A stretch of DNA of 64,000 bases from Octopus vulgaris (Eukaryota), in assembly GCA_951406725.2 (NCBI GenBank), contig OX597823.1, positions 15,810,001-15,874,000 of the forward strand, read 5' to 3'. Under the pieces are notes generated by a model. The model saw only the letters and a list, made by a program, of their open reading frames with translations, ran no database searches and was not told the DNA's origin. Shown one piece after another: positions 1 to 13,585 of the stretch (its first letter is position 1; every line of letters begins with the position of its first letter). A program made the translations under genes and the position numbers.

Positions 1-168
1 TGAGTCAGATACATGCTTGCGTGTGTATGGAGGGGAGAAAATCAGGTGTAGTGTTGGCGAATCTCAGAAAGCATGGAAGTTTTGAAGGATGCAGTGTTCC
101 GACAACTAACAACTGATGCCGGCAGTTTGTTCCATGCTTCAGCAACTCCCAGCGGGAAAAAATGTTAC
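1..168 (-). mobile_element. CR1-like LINE 3' fragment (continues beyond window start)
   Basis: Reverse complement of the CR1-like 3' end seen at 18060-18230 and 22176-22330. Confidence 0.8.
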
Positions 169-734
169 TTAGTTCAACCGTGTCTGAGTTAAGCACATTA
201 TTCATCTTACTTAGGAGTAAATTGGTCAGTACTAAGAAGGGCATTCTGTTGTAAAATTCTTTCACCAAAACCAAGAAGAGAAATCTGAGAGTGCTTTGTT
301 CCTGCATAGAAAAATATATTTGTAAACAATAGAAATGTGAAAATCACAAAATATTATTTTCCTTGTTTATAATATTTACCTGTATTAGAAATCAGTTCTA
401 GTTTAGAAGTTGCAATATTTGGGAGGCTAAGGAAATACACTTCTGATCACATGATCTTAGAATCCTAGAACCATTGTGTTATGTGTGTTGTGTCGTTCAG
501 CAAGGTAGATTCCTTGAATAACAAAATGCCTACACTGTTTTAAAGTTGGGAGGTCATCTAGCTATGAAAACACTTTGCTCAAGCAAATAAATCTTAATAA
601 AAAATGCTTTAAAAACAGTATATGTGTGTGTGTGAGTGCACACACACACACATACACACACAATTATATAAGTAGAATTTGTTTGTGGCAGATATGAAGG
701 AGCAATAAATAATGAGAGCACACAAGAAAGAGAT

Positions 735-1320
735 GTTCCAAAATGTCCAGAAGGCTCCCAAGAAGTAGTAGATAGTTTCAGTTATTTAGGTGACTTAATT
801 AGCAGTGGAGGAGGATGATCTGAAAGGATAGTTGCTAGAATACAAATTGGTTGGAGAAAGTTCAGAAAACTTTTACCTCTGTTGGTAACAAAATATGTCT
901 CTCTCAGAATGAAAAGCAGATTGTATTGGTGCCTGTGTATGAACAGCAATGCTACTTGGCTGTGAAACTTGGGCTGTGAATGCAGAGGAAATGTGAAGAC
1001 TTGAAAGAAATGAAACAAGTATGCTCTGATGGATGTGTAATATCAGTATGCATATACAATGAAGTACAAATGTGCTGAGAAAAAAAAATTGGGCGTTAGA
1101 GGCATCAGATGTGGTATGCAGGAGAAATGACTGTGCTGGAATGGTCCCATGATGCAGATGGATGAGGATAGCTCTATATAGGAACCTGTGGAAGAAGTTG
1201 ACCTAGGAAGAACTGAAATGAAATTGTGAAGACTGACCTCAAAATGCTGAGCTTCTCAGAGGAGATGATGAGGGACCAAGATGAGAAGATGCTTGAGAAG
1301 ACCCATCTGTCGCAGCAGAG
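735..1320 (+). mobile_element. Degenerate RTE-clade LINE ORF2 3' fragment
   Basis: Colinear with 10005-10570 (gaagtagtagatagtttcagttatttaggtgac vs gaagtagttgatagcttctgttaccttggtgac); many stops and frameshifts. Confidence 0.75.
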
Positions 1321-1873
1321 TTGAAGCTCTGTGAAGCTTTCCCCTACACCTCATCTTCTGACTCCCACTCTTCCACGTTGCTCTATTTTCTTTCACTCGC
1401 CCCTACAATGAACTGATATCATCTACGTATAACTCATTCCCTATCTCTAATTATCTGCCACACTACGTTTTACTCCATGCACTTGCCTACACATTCATCT
1501 TTCCAGATTTACAGTCCTATTCTGTCTCATATTCATGTTATACCTTGACTTCACATCTCTTTCTTTTCTCTGTCCTTCTCTTTCTCAATTTCCAGGTGGA
1601 TAAGCCATGTATTCACTTCCTCAGCAAGACATCTGCTCCTCTCTATAATGGTTTCTTATTCCTCCAGTCTAGTCAGTTGAAGGGCCTTATCTTGCAGGTA
1701 CTTGATAATCTCACTGGTACGAGTGCCACTAAAAAGCACCCAGTACACTTTAAGTGGAAAGGGCATCCTGCTGTAGAAACCATACCAAAACAGAGGGCTT
1801 GTGTGTTCTTATCAAATCATCCAATGCATGCCAGCATGAAAAACAAAGAACATCAAACGATTATATATGCATA

Positions 1874-2261
1874 CTAGCAGTATCGCCCGGCGTTGCTCGG
1901 GTTTGTAAGGGAAATAACTATATAACCATTTTTAGAGAGTTATAGCCAAAAAATGCATTAAAAATGGAAAAAAAAATGATGGTAAATTTTTTTTTAAATC
2001 GTTGACTCATCGTAGACATTTTTAGAGAGTTACTTCCCTTATATAATAGCGAAAAAATGCATTAAAATGGAAAAAAATGATGGTAAATATTTTTTAAAAT
2101 CGTAGACTCATCGTAGACGTGTGCTAATACCCAGAAGGGCTCGATATGAATCACAACTATAAGATACCCGGTTTTGGTTAAACTGCACCGCAAAATGTGG
2201 GAGTAGTTAGGAATCTAAATCGTAGGAGACAGACACACAACTTGACTTTTATATATAAAGA
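1874..2261 (-). mobile_element. Non-autonomous Helitron
   Basis: On - strand: A|TC 5' end, GC-rich hairpin cccgagcaacgccggg, then CTAG|T 3' end; six related copies in window. Confidence 0.8.
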
Positions 2262-2274
2262 TATATATATATAT

Positions 2275-3146
2275 CATCATCATTTAACGTCCACTTTCCA
2301 TGCTGGCATGGATTGGATGGTTTGACTGAGGACTGGTGAGTCAGAGGCTGCACCAGGCTCAATCTGATCTGGCAAAGTTTCTACAGCTTGATGCCCTTCC
2401 TAGTGCCAACCACTCTGAGAGTGTAGTGGGTGTTGTTATGTGACACCGGCATGAGGGCCAGTCAGGCGGTTCTGCCAATGATCACGCTCAAAAGGTGTTT
2501 GTTATGTGCTACCTGCACAGGAGCCAGTCCAGTGGCACTGGCAACGACCCCGCTTGAATGTTGTTTTCACATGCCACTGACACAGGTGCCGGTAAAGTGA
2601 TACTGGCAATGATCTTGCTCAAGTGGTGCTTTTCACGCGTCACTGCATGGGAGCCAATCCGTGGCCCTAGCAACGATTATATATATATATATATATATAT
2701 CATCATCATCATCATTGTTTAACGTCCATCTTCCATGCATGCATAGGTAGGACGGTTGACAGGAGGCAGCCAGGTAGAAAATACCCGAGGCTACTGTGTC
2801 TATTTTGGCAGGGATTTTACAGATGGATGCCCTTCCTAACATCAACCACTCTGCAGAGTGAACTTGATGTTTTTTACTCCTCTTCTATAGTCTCATTCAG
2901 CTGAAAGGGATCTTAGTCTTTCTTGGAAGCTATATGGTAACCTCACTGGTGCTGGTGCCATGAAGAAAGTGTCCAGTATATTCTGTAAAATGGTTGGCAT
3001 TAGGAAGGGCATTCAGCTATAAAAGCTATTAAAACAGACAGAGCATAATGCAATTATCTGAGCTGTCAGATCCTGTTGAACTGTACAACTAATATTGGTG
3101 TGGGGAGATGGACATTAAAAGATGATGATGATGATGATGATGATGA
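2275..3146. mobile_element. Cluster of three RTE-3'UTR-related short repeats (family A, (GAT)n tail)
   Basis: Core gtttaacgtcc..ttccatgc..ggatgcccttcctaa..ccaaccactc; copies at about 2275-2675(-), 2700-2870(-), 2935-3146(+). The same sequence ends the RTE at 10740-10920. Confidence 0.75.
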
Positions 3147-4084
3147 AAGCCTGGATCCATTGAACATTTGCCTTATACTTTCACCTACATCAAGAATTAG
3201 GCTCAGACAGGAATATTTGGAATAATATTAATAGCTCCATTATTTGGCTTGCCTGTAAAAGAAGATGTGTAATAGTATTTTCTTTTCCCTAAATTAAATG
3301 GCATTCCCCTTTGCCAGGACAATGTAAAAATTGGCTTCAACAAGGTGGGAAGAAATTATTGAAATGAATCCTTTCGAAGCAGCTGAATTAAGAGATGTAA
3401 TCCAGATGAATAATTTCACAGGTTTCCTCACCTGACACCTCTTCATTTTTCTTGTGAAGAGGTCTGAAGTAAAAACTATTGATGTATTCAAGAAGGTAAT
3501 TTCCACTTGAAATATCTCTACAGATATTGTAAGAAAGGTTCAGAGTTCATGTTATCAAATCAATGTAAATGCTTAAAGCTGGAGAGCAGCCATTAGTTTT
3601 GTTGATTGTAGCTCTGTCTGAAGTCAACTAACATCTTATCTAAGCTGTTCCCACCCAGTATTAACATGATTTACATTATTATAAAACCAACATGATATAG
3701 GACCACCACAAACTATCCTACTTGTCCTGTGGACTAAACATTCCCTATTGCGGACTATACTTACTCACGTATGCTAACATGTGTACTCTCTCTCTCTCTC
3801 TTACTCTTTCTCTTGTATGCACACATGCACACAATCATATCAAATTTCTCATTATTTCTTATTGCTAATTCTTAATTAAGCAAATCCTATTTAAACTGAT
3901 AACCCTTGCTGTCATCCCTATACATCTCATCCTACCCCCACCCCGTCCCTTAGACCCCCCACTCTTGCCTCCCCCACACCCCAACACCATCACACCACAC
4001 ACCACTACACCACATACCACCATATCACACCGCATCACATCACACCACCCTGCACACACTAGCATTGACCACTTCCTGCACACA

Positions 4085-4584
4085 CTGTAACATTGGTTGG
4101 CATTTGGAAGGGCATCCTTCTGTAAAAATGTGCTTGTGCCATGTAAAAAGCATTGAGTCCACTCTGTGGAGTGGTTGGTGTTAGGAAGGCATCCAGCTGT
4201 AAAATCCCTATCAAAACAGCCTAGGGTATTCTCTACTTGGCCGCCTCCTGTCATCCATCCTACCCATGCATGCATGGAAGATGGACGTTAAACGATGATG
4301 ATGATGGTGATATACAGACATACATATATGTGTGTGTGTGTATGTGTGTGTGTGTGTGTGTGTAGACATCACATGATGGTTGTAAATAAGCATCATCACC
4401 CACCATACATGTAAGATTGTTCATTTCTTGTTTTCCTTGAAAAGCATGTCCGTCCATGGGGAAAATATTACCTTGCTTGGAAATAGGTGAAATCAGTGAC
4501 AGGAAAAAGCATCCAGCTGTAGAAAATCTGCTTCAACAAATTCTATCTGACCTATGTAAGCATGGAAACGTCAATGTTAAATGA

Positions 4585-4617
<33 letters not shown>

Positions 4618-5410
4618 GTTTAACGTCCGTTCTCCATGCTAGCATGGGTTGGACGGTTCGACCGGGGATCTGGGAAGCCAGAAGGCTGCACCAGGCTCCA
4701 GTCTTATCTGGCAATGTTTCTACAGCTGGATGCCCTTCCTAACGCCAACGACTCCGTGAGTGTAGTGGGTGCTTTTTACGTGCCACCTGCACAGGTGCCA
4801 GGCGAGGCTGGCAACGGCCATGGTCGGATTGGTGCATTTTACGTGCCACCGGCACGGAAGCCAGTCGAGGCGGCGCTGGCATCGGCCACGAGTCGGATAG
4901 TGCTTTCTACGTACCACCAGTCCAGGGGTCCTGGCTGGTACAATTCGATTTCGATTTCGCTTGCCCCAACATGTCTTCGCATGTATAATCATCATCATCA
5001 TCATCATTCAGCGTCCACTTTCCATGCTGGCATGGGTTGGACGGTTCAACTGGGGTCTGTGAAGCCAGAAGGCTGCATCAGGCCCAGTCTGATCTGGCAG
5101 TGTTTCTACGGCTGGATGCCCTTCATAACACCAACCACTCCGTGAGTGTGGTGGGTGCTTTTTACGTGCCACCCGCACAGGTGCCAGACGGAGCTGGCAA
5201 ACGGCCACAGACGGATGGTGCTTTTTACGTGCCACTGCCACGGGGGCCAGGCGAGGCTGGCAACGGCCACGATTGGATGGTGCTTTTTACGTGCCACCAG
5301 CACGGGGGCCAGGCGAGGCTGGCAAACGGCCACGGACGGATGGTGCTTTTTACGTGCCACTGCCACGGGGGCCAGGCGAGGCTGGCAATGGCCACGAACG
5401 GATGGTGCTT
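4085..5410. mobile_element. Cluster of family A repeats, tail-to-tail, with about 60-bp internal tandem units
   Basis: Copies at about 4085-4310(+), 4495-4585(+), 4587-4937(-), 4989-5410(-); units tttttacgtgcca..gccaggcgaggctggcaa..ggatggtgc. Confidence 0.75.
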
Positions 5411-5475
5411 TGTAGAGATCATTTGTAGAGATCATAAATCTAGAGAAGAAGCACACTCTAAGATGTAGAGCATTG

Positions 5476-5693
5476 TATATTTTAATGGGGAAGGCCAGTT
5501 TATGAGATTGCCCTGGGTTTCCTGTCTATAAAGAGTTTAGCTTTGTGGCATATCATCGGCCCCCTGAACCTGTTGGCCTAAGACCTTTTAGGCCAACAGT
5601 CTTTGGAGTCTGACAATACACCATAGAGCTAAACCCTTTATGGATGGGAAACCCAGGGAAATCCCATAAACTGGCCTTCCCCATTAAAATATA
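5476..5693. repeat. About 218-bp near-perfect palindrome (foldback MITE-like)
   Basis: tatattttaatggggaaggccagtttatg... pairs with ...cataaactggccttccccattaaaatata; inner ctgttggcctaa/ttaggccaacag; TA-flanked. Confidence 0.9.
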
Positions 5694-6560
5694 TATATAT
5701 ACCTTAAAAACCCATGTAATTTGCGCATCTGTGTAATTTACACAGGTGATTTTCAGGAGGAAAATTGTCAACAAATGTTTCTACTTGTGTAAAATTTGCA
5801 CCCAAAAGATTTCAGAATTGTCGATATGACCAGGGGGAAAAGGTTTTCAATTTAGTTGTATTTAACATAATTTCACTTACTTATGATTAGATTTTATAAA
5901 ATTTTCATTAAATTAGAATAATTTCTGTTTAACAGGTATCACATTGAAAGCTATTAAATTACAAAATGTTTGTGTTGTTTATAGTAAACTTTATTTCACA
6001 TTTCTTGCCCTCAAGAGATTATGTCCCATCTTTAGCATTCTGATCATGCAGGCAAAGACTATGGTAACCGTTCTCTCTTATTTCTTTCATTAACCCACTG
6101 ATACACTAAAGTGAATGAGGTAATGCAGCTGCAATCAGGACCCGAAACCACATTATGGACATAGTTATATCATTATGCATGTACTAGACTACAGCACTTA
6201 GCTGGATGATTATATCTATTTTACATTGGTAAGGCTTTAGATAGTAAGATGATTATCATTTTGTTATATTACAGGACATACCTAACCAGACAATCATGCC
6301 TATACAACACTGAAACATTTATCAGGTTTAGCAACAGCAATGAAAAGACATGTGAAAGTTTACAGTTTAATGCTAAGGAGCACCTATGTTGCACATCATT
6401 TCAAGTGTTGTGACCAATAATGAACAGTTGGACATTGAATGGAAACATTTCATGAAAGCTCTTCTTTGTTGTATTGATATATATATTTGCTTTATTGTAT
6501 GTGTTTTGTATAATTTTGTTTGTAACTGTATATATATGTATATATATATATTTTTTGTAG

Positions 6561-6672
6561 GCCTGGATGTCACTGTCCAAAGCAGACAAATATATGAAGA
6601 CTAACCCAAGCTTATATCAAGAACTTCAGTCACAGACTCTGGATTTGAAAGTAGAAGAAAGCATCAAACTAG
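6561..6672 (+). CDS. GRTP1: TBC-domain RabGAP (GRTP1/TBC1D6-like), first visible coding exon; gene is 5'-partial
   Basis: ttttttgtag| AWMSLSKADKYMKTNPSLYQELQSQTLDLKVEESIKL |gtggga; 112 nt, ends phase 1; resembles GRTP1 VWMVLSGA..NPGYY..EDAIRT. Confidence 0.85.
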
Positions 6673-7391
6673 GTGGGAATAATTTTCAAATTAAGCTAAT
6701 TAGTACTAATATTATTAACTTAAATTGAGTTTTATTGATTATTCTTTCAGTTATATTTATAAAGGAATTTTGAGAATTTTGTACTTCTTGGAAAGAATAA
6801 AACTTTTAATCAATAGCCAGTGGCCATTCTTAGAGAAGGTACAATAGTAGTCAATGACTTTAAAAAGCTATTTATCATGCCTGTCAAATTTACAGTAGAT
6901 TAATATGTGGTGTTTATTATCAAAACAAATGTTTCTTAGATCATTAGTGCTACTCTTAATCAATTTATAGGCCTGTAGTATATCCTTTCTGGTATAAAAT
7001 TCTGCAAAGGTAAGTGTAACTCAGTTATGCAAGAACTGAGTTATCAAAAAAAAAAAAAAAAGACATTGGTTTATTTTAAACAAAAGATTTTCCCAAGCCA
7101 ATGATCCTGGAATCTGTAATTTATAAGTTCAATATAAAACAAAAAAGTGAAATTAGAAATGAGAAAATATCATGCTGATCATTAAAATTCAGACCGTTCT
7201 CTGAAGAAATCTTACAGTCTCCTGGAACCCTTCATGGCTACAACAGATCCACTACTGCATGATTTTCTTTGTAATGCAGTTTTGCAGAATAACCTTTTAG
7301 AACTCCATAATTCTCCTTGCCATCCTGGTGTTATAAAGGTGATGTAGTCTGTTTGGATCTGAAATTTTCTACATTCAGTGTTTGCTATTAA

Positions 7392-7608
7392 CCCTTTTGT
7401 TACTGTATTTAATTTGAGATGCTCTGTGTTTTTCTCAATTATTTTTAGATATAACAAAGAATTTAGTAAAATAATAAAGTTATCATTAAGCTAGTGTCAG
7501 AGACCATTAATTTTGTCTAAGGTTTGGTGGAAGATTTTAATTCAAAATTTATGAAAACAAGACATTTGTACTACAGAGCCGGTTTCAGCCGGGTTGGTAA
7601 CAAAAGGG
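7392..7608. mobile_element. piggyBac-type MITE
   Basis: TTAA|CCCTTTTGTTAC ... GTAACAAAAGGG|TTAA terminal inverted repeats with TTAA target duplication. Confidence 0.85.
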
Positions 7609-8624
7609 TTAAACCTGTTATTTTTAGATGCCATTGTTTGACAAAGTTAAGGCTCTGTTTCTATCACCAAGAACAATAACTTATAAGATCCCTGCATCCA
7701 TTTCACTGCAGAATCATGGATTTTTATGAATCCATTACTTTCATCATCAAATAATAAATGTTGTTTAATTGTTGTTGATTGGTCCTATTTTCCATTTGCT
7801 TTCCCTTCTTATGACTCTTTAATTGAAGAAATTTAACTATTGGAATCAAATCCCCAGTAGGCATGTAGGCATGCATTCACTTTCTCAGTGGTTAGCAATT
7901 AGAGACTTGAGCCTGCCAAAAATTACTTTAGATATGACTAAGGTTAAGTATGATGAGAGTGCACCAACTGAAAGTATTGATATTCTCGAAAATCCCCTTC
8001 ACTTATCTACTTTGACTTCTGACGAAGTTCCTATGTAACAACTCAATCAAACAACAAATTAATGAATTGTCTTTTTGGACTTTGTGCTGTATTGTTCTAC
8101 TTACAATAAAAGACTTATTCAAAGATATGGTTACACTTGAAGGTTTTCTCTTATTTGATATAAAAATATAGAACATTTGAAATACTGTGCTGAAAATATT
8201 TTACATATATAGAAAGAAAAGAAAAAAAAACATAATTTTATATTTTTTGATGGGGAAAAAGGTAATAGTGCTATGTCAACATCTGTTGTTGTTGTCATGC
8301 TTGAGTGATCTTTGATAAAAAAAAGATGCACCAGCTGTGACTACCATTCCACTCCCCCCCCCTTACACACAGTACTCAAGGTGTTCTTTAATTTATAAAA
8401 CAGGAGTGATTTTTAGGGGAATTTGGCTGCTAATTGTGGCAGATTGAGCAACCACATAGAGGTTCCCTTGGTGGCTCAAATGTTTCTATTATGAGAATGC
8501 AGCACCATAAACAAGTGTATTAGAACTGTGTGAAATAAGGGTTAGTGGGTCCAATCACAACCATAGCATATTACATATCATATATATACACATACATATA
8601 TATGTACATATATATATGCTTTTT

Positions 8625-8860
8625 ATGTACCAGTGGCACGTAAAAAGCACCATCCAAATGTGGCCAATGTCAGCTCCTCTAGCCCTTGTGCCAGTGACAT
8701 GTAAAAAGCACCTACTACACTCTCAGAGTGGTTGGCATTAGGAAGAGCATCCAGCTGTGGAAACACTGCCAAATCAGATTGGGGCCTGGTGCAGCCTCCT
8801 GGCTTCCTGGACCCCAGTTGAACCGTCCGACCCATGCCAGCATGGAAAACAGATGTAATA
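8625..8860 (+). mobile_element. Family A repeat
   Basis: gtggcacgtaaaaagcac..gagtggttggcattaggaag..cccatgccagcatggaaa. Confidence 0.75.
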
Positions 8861-8879
8861 AGAAGAGAGAGAGAGAGAA

Positions 8880-10920
8880 ATATTGCAAGACTGTGTGAGA
8901 GAGAATCGTGATGTCATAGGAGAGAAATGTGTTCGCATGGATGATGGCTCACTTACATTTAACGAGGCTGCAAAGAGAGAGACTTGGAGATGCCACTATG
9001 AAAGGTTGCTAAATGAAGAGAATGAATGGGAGAAAGAGAGTTTGCCAAATGTCGACCCAGCAGAGAGATCAACTATCCGAATTGACAGTACCTTGGTAGA
9101 TAAAGCAATTAAAGGTATGAAGACAGGGAAAGCCCCCAGCCCATCAGGAATCACTGCAGAGATGCTTAAAATATCTGGCAGTGTAGGCTATAGTCTAGTC
9201 ACCTGTATAGTCAATCAGCTGATACATGAAGGAGTCATACCCAATGACTGGCACTGCAGCACCCTAGTCAACTGCTACAAAGGTATATGTGACGCATTAG
9301 GTATCAAGTTGTTGGATCATATGATGAAAGTCATGGAGAGGGTCATAGCCCAACTAATTAAGAAGAGAGTTAGTTTAGATGAGATGCAGTTTGGGTTTGT
9401 GCTATATTTCTGGTAAGACAACTGCAGGAGAAATACTTAGCCAACGATAAACTTCTATACTTGGCTTTTGTTGACATGGAGACAGCTTTTGACAGGGTCC
9501 CCCGATCCCTTATCTGGTGGTCAATGCGGAAGCTAGAGATAAATGAGTGATTAGTGAGAGCTTTACAAGCTATATACAGGGATGCTGTCAGTAAGGTGAG
9601 GGTTGACAATGAGTATAGTGAAGAATTCCGGATAGGGGTCTAGCAAAGATCAGTCCTCAGCCCCTTCTTATTCATCATAGTCCTCCAGGCAATAACAGAG
9701 GAATTCAAAACAGGATGCCCTCAGGAGCTCTTCTATACTGATGACCTTGCTCTAATAGCTGAGTCACTATCAGAACTAGAGGAGAAGTACTAGGTGGGAA
9801 AGCAAGGTCTAGAATCGAAGGGCCTTAGAGTCAATCTAACAAAAAACAAATCCCTTTAGGTAGATGGCCCTGTTTGGTCTGTAGAGAAGGCGTAGATAGA
9901 AACTCCATAAGATGTACCTAGTATAAGCTATGGACACAAGAGGTGCAGCAATATCCAAAGAATTTAGAAAACAGCTTCCGTCACATACCAGGGGGGAGGG
10001 AAACTAGAAGTAGTTGATAGCTTCTGTTACCTTGGTGACCAAGTCAGTAGTTGGGGGTGAATGCTCTGAGAGTGTTGCTGCCAAAATAAGAATAGCCTGG
10101 GCAGAGTTCAGAGAGCTACTACTTCTACTGGTAACAAAGGGCCTCTCACTCAGAGTGAAAGGTAGACTACAATGCTTGTGTGCAAACAGCCATGCTACAC
10201 ATCAGTGAAATATGGGTCATGACTGCTGAGGACATGCATAAGCTTGCAAGAAATGAAGCTTGTATGCTCTGCTGGATGTGTAATGTCAGTGTACATACAC
10301 AATAGACACAATAGCACCCTGAGAGAAAAGTTGGACATAAGAAGCATCAGATGTGGTGTGCGAGAGAGACAACCACACTGGTATGGTCATGTGTTGCATG
10401 TCGATGAGGACAGCTGTATTAAAAAGTGTCACACCCTGACAGTGGAGGTAACCTGTGGAAGAGGTAGGCCCAGGAAGACCTGGGATGAGGTGGTGAAGCA
10501 TGACCATTGAACATTGGGCCTCATGGAGGCAACGACAAGTAACCAAGTCCTTTGGAAATATGCTGTGCTTGAGAAGACTCGGCAAGCCAAGTGAGACCAT
10601 AACTGGCCTATGCCAGTGTTGCATATCCAACCCATTTAAAAGTAGTCTTCAATCGTTGGGCAATAAACTGTGTTTGAGAAGACCTGTTGAGTCAAGTGAA
10701 ATCATTGTTGTGGCTGACGCCAGAACTGCCTGACTGGCACCCACTACACTCATGGAATGGTTGGCAGTAGAAAGGGCATCCAACTGTAGAAACCGTACCA
10801 GATCAGATTGGAGCTTGGTGTAGCTTTCTGGCTTGCCAGTCCTCAGTCAAACCATCCAACCCATACCAACATGGAAAGCAGATGTTAAATGATGATGATG
10901 CTGATGATGATGATGATGAT
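8880..10920 (+). mobile_element. 5'-truncated RTE-clade LINE (RT pseudogene, 3'UTR, (GAT)n tail), intronic
   Basis: WRCHYERLLNEENEW, MKTGKAPSPSGITAEMLK, FVDMETAFDRVPRSLIWWSMRKL, SVLSPFLFIIVL, LFYTDDLAL, GRGRPRKTW; stops and frameshifts. Confidence 0.9.
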
Positions 10921-11271
10921 ACGTGTGTGTGTGTGTTTGTGTGTGTGTCTATGGTACCTGGTGATGATGATGGTGGTGGCAAATTAAACCATTTGAAATA
11001 TGTTTAACCAGAAACCCATAATGAGGTTGACACTTCTAAAAATATTTCCATATGATTTAAGTCTTAATTTACTTCTTCTTATATCAAGTAAACCTTCTCA
11101 TGAAAGGCAGAACTGATCAAATTGTTAGGTTATAGCATTGTCAACAAAAGTTCTGTCCAGTTAATTTCCTTTAAAGCTTGGTAGCCCAGATCATTGTGTG
11201 CATGTATGTGTGTGTATGTGTGTTTACTTGCTTGCTTTTTTAAAAATATTGTTTAAATCTCTTCTTCACAG

Positions 11272-11402
11272 ATCTTCATCGAACATTTCCAGAGAATATT
11301 TATTTCAGTGACACAAATGATACAGAGAGTAGCTTACAAGTCCCTCTGTACAACGTTCTCAAAGCCTTAGCAATAAAGAATAATAAAATAGCATACTGCC
11401 AG
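11272..11402 (+). CDS. GRTP1: GRTP1-like exon carrying the R-finger and Q-finger
   Basis: cttcacag| (D)LHRTFPENIYFSDTNDTESSLQVPLYNVLKALAIKNNKIAYCQ |gtaaaa; 131 nt, phase 1 to 0; TBC IxxDxxR and YxQ motifs. Confidence 0.92.
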
Positions 11403-11544
11403 GTAAAAATTTTTCTTTTCAAATCTTTAATACTGATACCAAGAAAAAAAAAATCATTAAAATTTTACACCTTTTTTCCATACCTGCATAGATTGGACAG
11501 ATCTACTGTTTCACTACCTGCTGCAGTACAGTATCTTGGCACTA

Positions 11545-11768
11545 TGTGTTTGTGTGTCTGTGTCTGTGTTTGTTCCCCCCAACATCGCTTGACAACCGAT
11601 GCTGGTGTGTTTACGTCCCTGTAAGTTAGCGGTTTGGCAAAAGAGATCGATAGAATAAGTACTAGGCTTACAAAGAATAAGTCCTGGGGTTGATTTGCTT
11701 GACTAAAGGCAGTGCTCCAGCATGGCCACAGTCAAAATGACTGAAACAATTAAAAGAGTAAAAGAGTA
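11545..11768 (+). mobile_element. tRNA-derived SINE family B, 3' half
   Basis: aacatcgcttgacaaccgatgctgg..gactaaaggc..aaaagagtaaaagag; matches 18720-18926. Confidence 0.8.
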
Positions 11769-12081
11769 TTTGTTTTGTGAATTTTTTAATGATATCAAAT
11801 AAACTGAACAAACCACATCTGATTAAATAGTATCCAACTTTTCTGGAGTTAATTAATTAATCATATTTTTTCTTTGTCACAGTACATCAGAATTAGATAA
11901 GGACGGTCATTTTATAATCCACCTGCTGTTTGTGCAAATTTTTGTTTTTCACTTTTAGAGTTATACATTTATAAATGACCTGCTGCAATAATTATTCATA
12001 CCTACTGTTGTTGATGTTGTTTTTCTTTAGCCCCAGTTTGGTCAAAGATATTCAAGTTGTGATTATTTCATTTTTGTTTAG

Positions 12082-12300
12082 CCCTTTAGTGTTCTGATTA
12101 TTCTATCAAACATAATACTTATTGATTCCCATTAATTTGAATTAATCATGCATTATCTCATATCTTCAAGATCTTGATGGTGTAATTACTTAATGTAGAA
12201 TAACATTGTAGGGTAGGTGTGAGAGCCTGGATCTGGTCAGTTTGAACATAAAACAGATTAAATATTTTGGCCGGATATTGCCGGTTTAAATACTAAAGGG
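12082..12300. mobile_element. piggyBac-type MITE (older)
   Basis: ttag|CCCTTTAGTGTT ... AATACTAAAGGG|TTAA. Confidence 0.7.
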
Positions 12301-12569
12301 TTAAGATAATCAGATGACCTCATCGGCTTGTGCTTGCTGTTGTTATTGCTTACTGGGCATCTTAAAATAAATCACAAGTAACTGACCAATCAAAACATTT
12401 GATCAGTTTTTTTTTCAGCTGTTGCTTTCCTGTTTCTTTCTTTTCTTTTTTTTTTTTTCCATAAAGGTACATGGCCTAGTAGTTATGTCGTTGAACTTGT
12501 GAACATAAGGTCCAGGGTTCAATTTTCACTCTGGTATTGGTTAGTATATATATCACTGTAGCTTAGTTT

Positions 12570-12872
12570 CTTTTTTACGTGTCACCTGCACACTTATGCC
12601 AGAGTGCAGGTGACATGCAAAAAAAAATAAAAAAACCAAGATTTCTTTGTGGCTGTTGCCAGTACCGCTTGACTGGCCCTCGTGCCAGTGGCACGTAAAA
12701 GCACCCACTACACTTTCGGAGTGGTTGGTGTTAGGAAGGGCATCGAACTGTAGAAACTCTGCCAGATCAAGATTGGAGTCTGGTGCAGCCATCTGGTTCG
12801 CCAGTCCTCAGTCAAATCGTCCAACCCATGCTAGCATGGAAAGCGGACGTTAAACGATGATGATGATGATGA
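12570..12872 (+). mobile_element. Family A repeat
   Basis: Same core as 25457-25950 in the opposite orientation; (GAT)n tail. Confidence 0.8.
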
Positions 12873-13585
12873 TACCAACGTAAGTACCAGACTTGGGTAC
12901 TGTAGTTGATTTGACTAACTAAAACCTCCAAGTTGATGCTCCATTAGAGTCACAGTCTATTGATTGAAACAAGTAAGGGAGTAAAAGCAATCCTGCTGTG
13001 ACCATTCCATCTATTTTTCAGACAGTTTATTTAGTACTTATTTATTTAAAGACATTTGAGTGAAAATTTCAAGGTTTATATCTTTAACTCACGAATGACC
13101 CTCGTTATTCCATTCTTTACTTAAATTTTACTTTACGTTTATCCAATTCTCATCAAACAGTTTTATGGAGTGACCTAAATTGTTGAAACCCTTTACATTA
13201 GAAACAGCTTAGATTTAGCATTTTATCTCATCTTCAGCAGGAACCAGAATGGTTAAGCAAGCCTAGTTTCTGTACTGCTTTGCCCCCTCCCCATCTCTAT
13301 CCCTTTTCCCACTTTCTCTCTTCTCTCTCCCTCTTAAAATGGAATGTAAATTCATCTGTTGACTGTATTCTATAATCTGTTCCAACCCAGTCTATAAAGC
13401 AACCTGGAAAATAAATTGAAATATTTAAACAAATCTATTTAATTTATTTTCTTCAATATTCTCAGATAAACTACTTCATTTCTAATGGCAAAAACCGATT
13501 CTATTTTATCTTCTCAGTTTCTTTGATATAAATATTATGGAATGTATATCCAATCATCAACCTACTTAACCTAGTATGTCCCGAA

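Noticed and set aside
3520-3600. cag|..YCKKG as the missing upstream GRTP1 exon
   Set aside because: Lacks the following IPxEHR motif and a compatible donor.
5155-5410. Regularly spaced repeats resembling a CRISPR array
   Set aside because: Units are whole tandem duplicates without unique spacers; eukaryotic context and no cas genes.
7017-7061. 10-bp hairpin followed by an A-run (terminator-like)
   Set aside because: Eukaryotic intron, and on neither strand does a U-tract follow the hairpin; likely chance.
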